NCBI GenBank assembly: GCA_046726415.1
Contig: JBKPAK010000200.1
Location: 1 to 36,766, forward strand
From: Candidatus Methylomirabilota bacterium
GTDB lineage: Bacteria; Methylomirabilota; Methylomirabilia; Rokubacteriales; CSP1-6
DNA: 36,766 nucleotides
Reading direction: 5' to 3'
Shown piece after piece: positions 1 through 8,482 of this stretch. The notes below the pieces were generated by a model, which saw only the letters and a list, made by a program, of their open reading frames with translations, did not search any database and was not told the DNA's origin. Numbering within the stretch: the stretch's first letter is position 1; every line of letters begins with the position of its first letter. A program made the position numbers and the translations under genes.

Positions 1-306
1 CCCCTGGCCAGTCAGGTCTTCGGCCAGCACCACGTCACCCGGCCCGACGCGCGCGACCGTGCCATCGCCCACCTCGATTTCCGCGATCCCTGACAACGAG
101 ATCGAGTACTGCCTCCTGGGCGCACAGTGCCAGTCCAGCACATACCCTGGTGGAGAGACGCGAAAGACGATTCCTGTGGCGGACTGCACCGGGGTACCTT
201 CGCCGTGAGCACCTTCGGTGTCCACGAATGGCTTCATGGCCCAGGGCACCTCGGCCAGATGCGAGCGCCCATCGGAGCCGCTGTAAACACGCCAGATCTT
301 CGGCAT
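1..306 (-). CDS. Cupin-domain protein (partial, runs off left edge)
   Basis: Not in the ORF track. Manual translation from ATG 306: MPKIWRVYSGSDGRSHL...LDWHCAPRRQYSISLSGIAEIEVGDGTVARVGPGDVVLAEDLTGQG. WHxAPRRQ and GDVVLAED.TG.G are typical of small cupin-barrel proteins. AGAGGA SD upstream. Confidence 0.8.
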   Translation of the reverse strand, partial: MPKIWRVYSGSDGRSHLAEVPWAMKPFVDTEGAHGEGTPVQSATGIVFRVSPPGYVLDWHCAPRRQYSISLSGIAEIEVGDGTVARVGPGDVVLAEDLTGQG

Positions 307-386
307 CTTCGGGGTGTCCTCTCTGGGGGGGCTCCCTCTTCTCTACCGCGTTCATCCCCCGCACTGTCGTCTCTGCACCGCGCGGT

Positions 387-398
387 ACTCTACCATCG
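387..398 (-). promoter_or_regulatory. Putative extended -10 element (CGATGGTAGAGT) for the cupin gene
   Basis: TGnTAGAGT pattern; near-identical 12-mer also lies upstream of the CoA-transferase (3153-3164). Confidence 0.35.
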
Positions 399-468
399 TC
401 GGGCGGTCCGGCCGGGGATCGCCTCGCGATTCTTCAATTGGCCTCCTCACGCCGGCGCGCAATGGCCG

Positions 469-497
469 TTTACCGAGCCGGGGCCAGTGCCTAGACT
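469..497 (+). promoter_or_regulatory. Putative sigma70-type promoter for the MFS gene
   Basis: TTTACC (469-474), 17-nt spacer, TAGACT (492-497); predicted +1 falls near GTG 504. Confidence 0.4.
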
Positions 498-503
498 CGG
501 CGC

Positions 504-1826
504 GTGGCGCACGATCGAGGAGAGCTCCGGGTTTCCCGGACCGCGCCGAGCCCGGCTGGCTTAGGGGACCCTGTCGGGGCCCCTCATCTCAACTGGAGCC
601 GCGGCAAGTTGATGGCCGCGCTCTTCGCGGCGCAGGTATGCGGAAGCACCGGTCACTCGATCGTGCTGGCGGTCGGCAGCATCATGGCCGCCACCATTAC
701 CGGGACGAACACCTGGTCGGGCCTGCCCGTCGCGGTGGGGGCCCTGGGCGCTGCCCTCGCAAGCTGGCCGCTGGCCAGGCTGATGAGCCGTTCCGGACGC
801 CGGCCGGGATTGGCCCTGGGCTATGGCCTCGCCGTCGCGGGAGCCCTGCTCGGCATGATGGGCGTGGTGAGCCGGAGCTTCGCCCTCATGCTCGCGGGGA
901 TGGCGCTCTTCGGGATCGCGAACACGTCGAATCTCCTGGCCCGCTATGCCGCGGCCGACGTCAGCCCGGGCGCGCAGCGCGGCCGGGCCATGGGACTGAT
1001 CGTTTGGGGCTCGACCGTTGGCTCGATCATCGGTCCGAACCTGATGGACCCGGCCCTGCGAGCGGGAAACCTTCTCGAAGTCTCACCGGCGGCCAGCGCC
1101 TTCCTGATCAGTGTGGCGGCGTACGCCCTGGCCGCGCTCCTCGTCGAGGTGTTCCTGCGGCCCGATCCCCTGCTGGTCACGCGCCAGCTTCAGGGCGTCG
1201 TCGGCGCGGGCCGGACAGCCCAACCCGCCCGGCCGCTCGGGGCCATCTTGGGAGATGTGCGCGTGCAGATCGCGCTCGCGGCACTCACGATCAGCCAGTT
1301 CGTGATGATCGGCACGACCTCCACGTCGCCGGTGTATCTGCACGACCAGGGTCACCATGTCCAAACAATCGGCCTGGCGGTGTCCTTTCATCTGGCCGGC
1401 ATGTATGTGGCCTCGCCGCTGTCGGGCTGGCTGTGCGACCGCTTCGGGCGCTTGGTGATGATCGGGACCGGAGTCTTGGTGCTGATCGCCGCGGTCATGC
1501 TGGCGGGACTCGCGCCGGGTACCGATCGCGCGCTGATCATCGCGGGGCTATTCCTCAACGGCGTCGGCTGGAACTTCGCCTTCGTGGCGGGCAGCGCCCT
1601 CTTGACCGAGGCGTTGTCGACCGCGGAGCGAGCTTCGGTCCAAGGCCTCGCCGACCTGGTCATGGGCTTGATGGGGGCCCTGGGCTCCGCGGCCGGCGGC
1701 ATGATCCTGGGTGCGTGGGGCTTTGCGATCCTCAACACGCTGGCCGCCGGGCTCGTGCTCGGCCCGCTTGCCATCACCCTGCTGCGCCGGCCCGCGCTTG
1801 TCTCCTTCTCGACGACGGAGAGTTAG
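504..1826 (+). CDS. MFS transporter
   Basis: About 12 hydrophobic segments; motif-A-like LMSRSGRR and GWLCDRFGR. Start uncertain (GTG 504 or ATG 612). Confidence 0.9.
   Translation: MAHDRGELRVSRTAPSPAGLGDPVGAPHLNWSRGKLMAALFAAQVCGSTGHSIVLAVGSIMAATITGTNTWSGLPVAVGALGAALASWPLARLMSRSGRRPGLALGYGLAVAGALLGMMGVVSRSFALMLAGMALFGIANTSNLLARYAAADVSPGAQRGRAMGLIVWGSTVGSIIGPNLMDPALRAGNLLEVSPAASAFLISVAAYALAALLVEVFLRPDPLLVTRQLQGVVGAGRTAQPARPLGAILGDVRVQIALAALTISQFVMIGTTSTSPVYLHDQGHHVQTIGLAVSFHLAGMYVASPLSGWLCDRFGRLVMIGTGVLVLIAAVMLAGLAPGTDRALIIAGLFLNGVGWNFAFVAGSALLTEALSTAERASVQGLADLVMGLMGALGSAAGGMILGAWGFAILNTLAAGLVLGPLAITLLRRPALVSFSTTES
516..592 (-). repeat. ~78-bp GC-rich palindromic interspersed repeat, copy A
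   Basis: Reverse strand reads TTGAGATGAGGGGCCCCG...CCGGGAAACCCGG...CTCCTCG; same termini as copies at 5165-5266 and 31064-31141. Confidence 0.7.
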
Positions 1827-1945
1827 CCAGCTTGCGCCGCTTCGCCTCCGCTCGCCCGAGCCGGATCGTCCTTCGATGGAGTTTCGGTCGTTCCGTTCGC
1901 TGCCGCGCACCGAGGGAACGTGGCTGAAGGCGAGGGCTGGCCGGG

Positions 1946-3142
1946 CTAGATCACGCCTTGGGCGCGCAGGCTCGCGATTTCATCGGAGGGCAGATCGAGA
2001 AGCCCCGACAAGATCTCGTCGGTGTCACGGCCCATCGCCGGCCCTGCGTGAGTGACGCGCCCGGGTGTCAGCGAGAGCTTGGGCACCACGCCAGGCTGGG
2101 GGAGGCTGCCCAATCCTTCGGTGGGCACGTCGATGATCATCTCCCGCGCCCGGTAGTGCGGGTCCGCGAAGATATCGGCCATGCTCATGATGGGTGAGTG
2201 CGGAATGTCGTGGGCGCGCAACTCCTCGACGGCCTTCTCGAAGGGTCGAGCGGCGAACCACTCCGTCGCGAGGCCGAGAATGACGTCGATGTGCTTCGGC
2301 CGCTCCGTCGCGCTGACGAACCGCGGGTCGTGCGGAAGCTCGGGCTGCCCGAGCATCGTGCAGAGCCGCTCGAAGAGGTGCTGGGCAGGCGCCGTAAAAA
2401 CCACCCATCGCCCGTCCAGGGTCTGAAAAGCACCTCCCGGCCAGCCGGCGTGCTGGAGGCTTCCGCGCTCCCGGACGACGCCCTGCCGGCCGTAGAGTGT
2501 GGTCGTGTACTCCATGATGCGGAAGGCCGACTCGTAGAGGGCGGCGTCGATCCACTGGCCCTCGCCGGTCGCGTCGCGATGGCGGAGCGCGGCCAGCACG
2601 CCGAATGCCGTGAATAGCCCGGTCATGTAGTCGGGGTACACCGGCGTCGGTCGGGCCGGTGGGCGATCCGCATGGCCGTTCACGTACCACGTTCCGCCGA
2701 ACGCCGATCCGATCGCCGCGTAACCGGGTCCCTGATTGAGCGGGCCTGTCTGGCCGAACGCGGTGATGCGCGCCATCACCAGGCGCGGGTTGATCGCGTG
2801 GAGCGCGTCCCACCCGAGACCCCAGCGCTCCAGAACGCCGGGCCGGAAGTTCTCGAGAACGACGTCGCAGTGGCCCACGAGCCGGCGGACGATCTCCTGC
2901 CCCTTCGGCCTGTGAAGGTCGAGCGTCATGAGCTTCTTGTTCCGGTTGTCGGCGGCGAACCAGTACCCACAACCGTCCTCGGACGGACCGAGGCGGCGGA
3001 GGTCGTCGCCCCGGCCGGGCATCTCGGTCTTGATCACCTCGGCCCCGAACTCGGCCAAGAGGGTCCCGCAGAACGGGCCGGCCACTACTTGGGCCAGCTC
3101 AAGCACTCGGATCCCGTCGAGCGGGCGGCGTGGCTGCGTCAT
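1946..3142 (-). CDS. Family III (CaiB/BaiF) CoA-transferase
   Basis: PLDGIRVLEL...VAGP, GAEVIKTE, NRNKK, ENFRPG, ITAFGQTGP; catalytic-Asp region YPDYMTG. Confidence 0.93.
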   Translation of the reverse strand: MTQPRRPLDGIRVLELAQVVAGPFCGTLLAEFGAEVIKTEMPGRGDDLRRLGPSEDGCGYWFAADNRNKKLMTLDLHRPKGQEIVRRLVGHCDVVLENFRPGVLERWGLGWDALHAINPRLVMARITAFGQTGPLNQGPGYAAIGSAFGGTWYVNGHADRPPARPTPVYPDYMTGLFTAFGVLAALRHRDATGEGQWIDAALYESAFRIMEYTTTLYGRQGVVRERGSLQHAGWPGGAFQTLDGRWVVFTAPAQHLFERLCTMLGQPELPHDPRFVSATERPKHIDVILGLATEWFAARPFEKAVEELRAHDIPHSPIMSMADIFADPHYRAREMIIDVPTEGLGSLPQPGVVPKLSLTPGRVTHAGPAMGRDTDEILSGLLDLPSDEIASLRAQGVI

Positions 3143-3152
3143 GGTGGGCCGC

Positions 3153-3164
3153 AGTCTACCATCG
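3153..3164 (-). promoter_or_regulatory. Putative extended -10 element (CGATGGTAGACT) for the CoA-transferase
   Basis: TGnTAGACT ends 10 nt before ATG 3142; no SD visible. Confidence 0.4.
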
Positions 3165-3656
3165 ACTCACCGTGCCGATCGGGTGTGCCCAAGGCGATCG
3201 AGGCGATGTTGGGTGAGACGGCGCGCCGAACAGCGGGAGCGGCGCACCCGCCTCAGCTGAGATCGGATGGAGGCGAGAGCCGCCGCGGAGAAGAGGGGGA
3301 CTCGGCTATGGCTTCCGCTGCCTGAGCAATGCCGAACGACTTCTCGAGGTTGCGCACGGCCAGCGCGGGCATCCGGATACCTTCGAGCTCCTCGCGACGT
3401 TGCCGCGATTATCCCCCGCGGTGGCGACCCTGTCGACCGCGGAACCACGGAAGTTAGTACGTCCGGCCGCTCCCGGCCCTCGCCGAGCCCAACTGCGCCC
3501 AGATTCGTCGGCAACCCGGGGGGGCGGCCCGTCTCGCCGGCGGACCGCTCCGAGACATGCCGTAGAATCTCTACGCTGTCGGGCGCGTCGTCGGGTCCTC
3601 ACGGCGGCACGTGGCGAACGTACCGTCCTGAGCCCGGCCCACCACGAGGGGGAAAC

Positions 3657-5156
3657 ATGCGGACAGGAGCCGAATACCGCGAGGCGCTGCGCGACGGCCG
3701 CCGAGTCTGGGTCATGGGCGAAGGGCCGATCGACGACGTGACGATCCATCCGGCCACCCGCGCCATGGTGGACGAATACGTAGCCTGGCATGACCGCCAC
3801 TTCGATGCCCAGTGGCAGGACGTCGTCCTGACCCCGCCCGATGCCCAGGGTGAACGCACACCGTGGTCCTTCATCGTGCCGAAGAGCTCCGACGACCTGC
3901 GGGGGATGGGCCGGTGCTTCGCCGCGACCACCTTCCTGAGCGCCGGCAACATCACGCACACCCCGGCTTACGGCAATCTCATCGCCCTGGGCATTCTCGA
4001 CGCCGTCCAGCAACGCAACGTTTCACCGGAACAGATCGCGAACGCGGCCGCCTACCGCACCCTGATCGCCCGCACCCAGCGTTTCCTCACCTTCTCGGCC
4101 GGCGCCGCCACTATCGGATATCGCTTCCGCGAGAATCCCAGTCAGCGGGCTGCTCTCCAGATCGTCCGCGAGACCGATGCCGGGATGGTCATCCGGGGCA
4201 AGGTCGGCATGCACACCAGTCCGGTCTATGCCGAGGACGTCTACATCGGCAGCCACTGCGGCATCGATCGAGGGGCCCATCGAGCCACCTTCATCGTGCC
4301 GGTCAATGCGCGTGGGGTGACCGTGCTGTGCCGCAAGATTTCCGCCCGCCATCCGAATGCGTTCATGGCTCCGCTGAGCAGCCGCTACGACGAGCTGGAT
4401 GGCCAGATGTGGCTCGAGGACGTGTTCGTCCCCTGGGAGCGCGTCTTCCTCATGGACATCTCCCCGGAACCCATGGCCTCCTGGCTGTTCTGGCATCAGC
4501 TCTACTGCTGGCTCTCCAAGGCCGAATTCACCCTCGGGCTCGCCCTCGCCTGCACCCATGCCATGGGGCTCGCCGAGCACGAGCCGACGCTCGAATACCT
4601 CGTTGATCTCGTCATCGATGTCCAGACGGTGCGGAGCTGCCAGACCGCCGCCGAGCTCGACCCCGAGTTGACGGCGGAGGGTTACTGCGTGCCCGGGCGG
4701 GGTCACATCGCGGCCGGCAGCATCGCGATGCAGAAGGCCCGTCAGCGCATGGCCGAGATCCTGCGCATCCTTCCCGGCTCGTCGCTCGTCGTCGCCCCGT
4801 CCGACAAGGACCTGGCCGCACCCGAGGTCGCCGCGGGCCTGGAGGAGTCGTTCGGCGGCGGCGGTTACACCGCTCTGCAGCGATCGGCGTTGCTCCAGAT
4901 GGCCGCGGACCACGTCGCGTCGGCCCTGGACGGCCGCGAGTCCGCCTTCGAGCTGCATGCCAACGGGGGTATCCCCGCCTGGCGGGGGCGGATTCGCCGC
5001 TACTTCAGTCGCTACAACGAGCTGGCCAACGGCGTCCTCCGCACGCTGAACCTGGACATGCCGGAGATCGATCTAAACAGCCTTCGCGCCATCCCCCTAG
5101 CACCACGGCGGCCGGTGAACCTTGCGACGAACCCGCCGCCGGCCAGCAAGGCCTAG
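3657..5156 (+). CDS. 4-hydroxyphenylacetate 3-hydroxylase (HpaB)-family flavoprotein, atypical active site
   Basis: RTGAEYREALRDGRRVWV, PLSSRYDELD, DVFVPWERVF family motifs; GAGGGGG SD before ATG 3657. The ORF-track start at 3267 looks over-extended. Confidence 0.85.
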   Translation: MRTGAEYREALRDGRRVWVMGEGPIDDVTIHPATRAMVDEYVAWHDRHFDAQWQDVVLTPPDAQGERTPWSFIVPKSSDDLRGMGRCFAATTFLSAGNITHTPAYGNLIALGILDAVQQRNVSPEQIANAAAYRTLIARTQRFLTFSAGAATIGYRFRENPSQRAALQIVRETDAGMVIRGKVGMHTSPVYAEDVYIGSHCGIDRGAHRATFIVPVNARGVTVLCRKISARHPNAFMAPLSSRYDELDGQMWLEDVFVPWERVFLMDISPEPMASWLFWHQLYCWLSKAEFTLGLALACTHAMGLAEHEPTLEYLVDLVIDVQTVRSCQTAAELDPELTAEGYCVPGRGHIAAGSIAMQKARQRMAEILRILPGSSLVVAPSDKDLAAPEVAAGLEESFGGGGYTALQRSALLQMAADHVASALDGRESAFELHANGGIPAWRGRIRRYFSRYNELANGVLRTLNLDMPEIDLNSLRAIPLAPRRPVNLATNPPPASKA

Positions 5157-5164
5157 GCTGCTGG

Positions 5165-5266
5165 CGAGGAGCACCACCGCTTGGCCGGGGTCCTCGGAGC
5201 GTTGCGGAGTCCCGGGGCGCGACGAGCGCTGGGGGTTTGGGGGCCATCTCGGGGCCCCCATCTCAA
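5165..5266 (-). repeat. Palindromic interspersed repeat, copy B (with internal partial duplication)
   Basis: Reverse strand TTGAGATGGGGGCCCCGAGATGGCCCCCAAACCCCCAGCGCTCG...GTGCTCCTCG; hairpin GGGGCC/GGCCCC; intergenic. Confidence 0.75.
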
Positions 5267-5307
5267 AGAGTTATCATCGACATCGTCCCCAGGAAGGAGC
5301 GAGGCCA

Positions 5308-6609
5308 GTGCTGAGCGAGGAACAGAACAGGGCACTGACGGAAGTCGGCGCCGGCACGCGCATGGGCGAGCTGCTGCGGCGGTACTGGATGCCCATCGCG
5401 GGCGTCGCCGAGCTGGACGACGTCCCGGTCAAACCTCTGCGCCTCTTGGGCGAGGACCTCGTCCTGTACCGCGACAAGAGCGGCACGCTAGGCCTCCTGG
5501 ACCGGCACTGCGGGCACCGCCGCGCGGATCTATCGTACGGCTACGTTGAGGACTGCGGATTGCGCTGTAGCTATCACGGCTGGCGGTGGGGCGAGCACGG
5601 GCAGTGTCTGGCCCAGCCGTTCGAAGAAATCGCCCACCCGGAGGCGCGCTTCAAGGATCGCGTCAGGATCAAAGCATATCCGGTGGAGGCCAAGGCGGGG
5701 CTGGTATGGGCCTATCTCGGGCCCACGCCGGCGCCGCTGGTGCCGACCTGGGAGCCGTTCACCTGGAAGAACGGCTTCGTCCAGATCGTGCTCTCGGAGA
5801 TCCCGTGCAACTGGTTCCAGTGCCAGGAAAACTCCATCGACCCCGTGCACTTCGAGTGGCTGCACGGGAACTGGTCGCGAATCTTGCGGGGCATCGACGG
5901 GCCAAAGCCGCCCAAGCACCTGAAGATCGGCTTCGAGGAGTTCGAGTACGGCTTCATCTACCGGCGGGTGCTCGAGGGTCAATCGGAGTCGGACCAGCTG
6001 TGGAGCGTCGGCCGCACCTGCCTGTGGCCGAACTGCTTGTTCACCGGCGGCCACTTCGAGTGGCGCGTGCCCATCGACGACGCGAACACGCTGAGCGTGG
6101 GCTGGTTCTTCGATCGCGTGCCGAACGAGATGGAGCCGTTCGAGCAGGCGCGCATTCCCTGCTGGGTGAGCCCGATCAAGGATCCGCTGACCGGCCGCTG
6201 GATCACCACCCACATCATGAACCAGGACTTCGTCGCGTGGGTCGGGCAGGGCGCAATCGCCGATCGAACACAGGAGCATCTGGGCGAGAGCGACCGCGGA
6301 GTCATCATGATGCGCCGCCGGCTGCTCGAACAGGCCGAGGTTGTCCACCGTGGCGGCGAGCCCAAGGCCGTGGTCCGCGACGCCGAGGCGAACCGATGCA
6401 TTGCGTTGCCCATCATCGACCGCGAGCGGTACATCGAGGGCTTTCCACGTGCCCGACTGTACCGCGAGGTCAGTGGAACCCCTGGACCCGTCGTCCCCGA
6501 AGGTTTCGTGTTTCAGGCGGGCCAGCCGGAAGAGGTCCGGCTGGCCTATCGACAGGCGATGGGGCTGGACGTCGAGACCTCGCGCCGCGCTCGCGCGGAC
6601 GCGCGCTGA
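5308..6609 (+). CDS. ligX: Rieske non-heme iron oxygenase alpha subunit, 5,5'-dehydrodivanillate O-demethylase (LigXa)-like
   Basis: Rieske ligands CGH...CSYH; mononuclear Fe motif ENSIDPVHFEWLH; MNQDFVAW. Overall sequence closely recalls Sphingobium SYK-6 LigXa (from memory). AGGAAGGAG SD before GTG 5308. Confidence 0.85.
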   Translation: MLSEEQNRALTEVGAGTRMGELLRRYWMPIAGVAELDDVPVKPLRLLGEDLVLYRDKSGTLGLLDRHCGHRRADLSYGYVEDCGLRCSYHGWRWGEHGQCLAQPFEEIAHPEARFKDRVRIKAYPVEAKAGLVWAYLGPTPAPLVPTWEPFTWKNGFVQIVLSEIPCNWFQCQENSIDPVHFEWLHGNWSRILRGIDGPKPPKHLKIGFEEFEYGFIYRRVLEGQSESDQLWSVGRTCLWPNCLFTGGHFEWRVPIDDANTLSVGWFFDRVPNEMEPFEQARIPCWVSPIKDPLTGRWITTHIMNQDFVAWVGQGAIADRTQEHLGESDRGVIMMRRRLLEQAEVVHRGGEPKAVVRDAEANRCIALPIIDRERYIEGFPRARLYREVSGTPGPVVPEGFVFQAGQPEEVRLAYRQAMGLDVETSRRARADAR

Positions 6610-6621
6610 CCAGGAGTCGCC

Positions 6622-7701
6622 ATGGCAGAAATCGTCCTCGGCCTCGGCACCTCGCATACTCCCCTGCTGACCCTTCCGGCCGAGCTTTGGCCCGCCTATG
6701 CCCAGCGGGACGAGCGCAACCAGGAGCTGGCCTACCCGCCGGACGGCGTGGTGATGTCGTATCAGGAGGCGCTCGACTCCATCGCTCCCGAGGTCCGCGC
6801 GAGATACCGAGGGCCGGAACCCTTCGGAGCGCAAGCCGAGACGTGTCAGCGCGCGCTCGACGAGTTGTCGCGCGCGCTGCGCGGCGTCAAGCCGGACATC
6901 ACCATTGTCATCGGCGACGACCAGGACGAGTGGTTCTACGAGGACAACATGCCCGCGCTGTCGGTGTACTGGGGGGAGAGTGCGCCGCTCATCCCACGCC
7001 CGGCGTCGGCGGCGCCCCAGGACCGCGATGTGGTAGAGGCCATTCGTCGGGGGTACGGCGACGTCCCCATGGACGTCCCGGTGGCCAGCGGCTTCGGACG
7101 GTTCCTGATCGAGTACCTGATCGAGCGCGACTTCGACGTCGCCCACATGCGCTACGTCAGGCAGCCGTACGGCGGGCGCGTGGCTCGGCGCTATCCGACG
7201 CGGAAGGGCGAGCTGGACTATGTGCGGGAGACGCCACCCCACGAGCAGGGGCTGCCGCATGCCTTTGCCTTCATCGTCAAGCGCCTCTTCGACAACGCCC
7301 CGGGGATGATCCTGCCCGTCTTCCAGAACACGTGCTACCCGCCCAACCAGCCCACGCCACGGCGCTGCTTCGCGGTGGGTGAAGCCATCGCGGCGGCGGT
7401 GGCCGAATGGCGTGAGCCGGCCTCGGTCGCCATCATCGCCTCTGGCGGCCTGAGCCACTTCGTCGTCGACGAGGAACTCGACCGGGCGCTGCTGGACGCG
7501 CTCGAGCGCAAGGACGCGGGCGCCCTGCGCTCACTGCCGCGCCACCGGCTCCATTCGGCCGGCTCGGAGATCTTGAACTGGGTCGCGCTCGGCGGAGCCA
7601 TGCAGCAGACTGATCTGAAAATGGAGCGGCTCGCCTACGTCCCCGTGTATCGGACGCCAGCCGCCACGGGTGGCGGCTGGGCCTTCGCCCGCTGGCAGTA
7701 G
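6622..7701 (+). CDS. LigB-family (type II) extradiol ring-cleavage dioxygenase, LigZ-like
   Basis: MAEIVLGLGTSH, GDDQDE, PHAF, NTCYPPNQPTPRRC, ASGGLSHFVVDEE, SEILNW; AGGAG SD. Confidence 0.88.
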   Translation: MAEIVLGLGTSHTPLLTLPAELWPAYAQRDERNQELAYPPDGVVMSYQEALDSIAPEVRARYRGPEPFGAQAETCQRALDELSRALRGVKPDITIVIGDDQDEWFYEDNMPALSVYWGESAPLIPRPASAAPQDRDVVEAIRRGYGDVPMDVPVASGFGRFLIEYLIERDFDVAHMRYVRQPYGGRVARRYPTRKGELDYVRETPPHEQGLPHAFAFIVKRLFDNAPGMILPVFQNTCYPPNQPTPRRCFAVGEAIAAAVAEWREPASVAIIASGGLSHFVVDEELDRALLDALERKDAGALRSLPRHRLHSAGSEILNWVALGGAMQQTDLKMERLAYVPVYRTPAATGGGWAFARWQ

Positions 7702-7720
7702 AGGCGAACGGAGCAGCCGG

Positions 7721-7846
7721 GTGATCCTCATCGTCGCGGCCTGGGATTCATCGGGCTGAACACGGCGCGTTGCTGGGTACCAGCCGGACCACACTGTCGA
7801 GACGGGCGTGGCCGTCTACCTCGAGTGGCTGCGGACCAATCCGCAG
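7721..7846 (+). pseudogene. Internally deleted remnant of an NAD-dependent epimerase/dehydratase
   Basis: GGAG SD, then VILIV / GLGFIGLNTAR (Rossmann N-terminus, frameshifted) joined directly to GYQPDHTVETGVAVYLEWLRTNPQ, a typical extended-SDR C-terminus. Confidence 0.55.
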
Positions 7847-7945
7847 GAGGAGCGGAACACAGATCTCCGAGGATCGTGGCGAACGACAATCGCCCAGGGC
7901 ACTTGACCCGACGCTGAATCTGGCTGGACGGCTACGGAGGGTGAG

Positions 7946-8476
7946 ATGGAGGAGCGGATCGTGGTGGCGGACCCGGTTGGAGATCCACGGGGCTACCAGA
8001 GGGAACTGCTGGCGTTGCTGGGCGGACGTGACCCCGTCGCGGTACTGGCCGCGACTCCTCTGTCCGTGCGGGAGGTGACGAGCGGGCTGTCCGAGGATCT
8101 GCTCGGCAGGCGGCCCGAGCCGAAGGAATGGTCGGTCTCGGAGTTACTCGGTCACCTGTGGGACTCCGAGATTGCCTACTCGTTCCGGGCGCGCGCAATC
8201 CTCGCGCAGGACGCGCCTCGGCTCATCGGCTACGACCAGGATGCCTGGGCGATGCTGGCACGGCCGGTGTTCGCTGAACTGCTCGCCGCCTTCGCGGCGC
8301 TTCGCACGGCCAACCTCGCGCTCATCAGGCGCACACCCGAGGCCCTCTGGGATCGTCTGGGCATCCATGAGGAGCGCGGCCCGATCAGCTTCCGCCCGAT
8401 GACCGAGACCATAGCCGGCCATGACCGTGCCCATTTGCAGCAGCTCGAGCAGACCATCACGGCGATACAGCGTTAA
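7946..8476 (+). CDS. DinB-superfamily protein
   Basis: WSVSELLGHLWDSE and AGHDRAHLQQ (three-His metal site); GGAGG SD. Confidence 0.88.
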   Translation: MEERIVVADPVGDPRGYQRELLALLGGRDPVAVLAATPLSVREVTSGLSEDLLGRRPEPKEWSVSELLGHLWDSEIAYSFRARAILAQDAPRLIGYDQDAWAMLARPVFAELLAAFAALRTANLALIRRTPEALWDRLGIHEERGPISFRPMTETIAGHDRAHLQQLEQTITAIQR

Positions 8477-8482
8477 GTCCCC

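Noticed and set aside
3267-3656. N-terminal extensions in the ORF track (3267; also 5122, 24479, 27139, 35389)
   Set aside because: Low-complexity sequence; family homology and SD sites begin at 3657, 5308, 24374, 26887 and 35146.
3657-5156. 4-hydroxybutyryl-CoA dehydratase assignment
   Set aside because: The CxxxC Fe-S ligand motif of that family is not visible.
516-5266. CRISPR array or autonomous IS explanation for the repeats
   Set aside because: Copies are dispersed and diverged, with no spacers, cas genes, transposase or clear terminal inverted repeats.
5530-7458. 642-aa antisense ORF (likewise 14426-16354, 22789-24711, 33593-35305, 314-1927, 5586-7382)
   Set aside because: Shadow ORFs overlapping well-supported genes; R/G/P/A-rich with no motifs, as expected in high-GC DNA with few stops.
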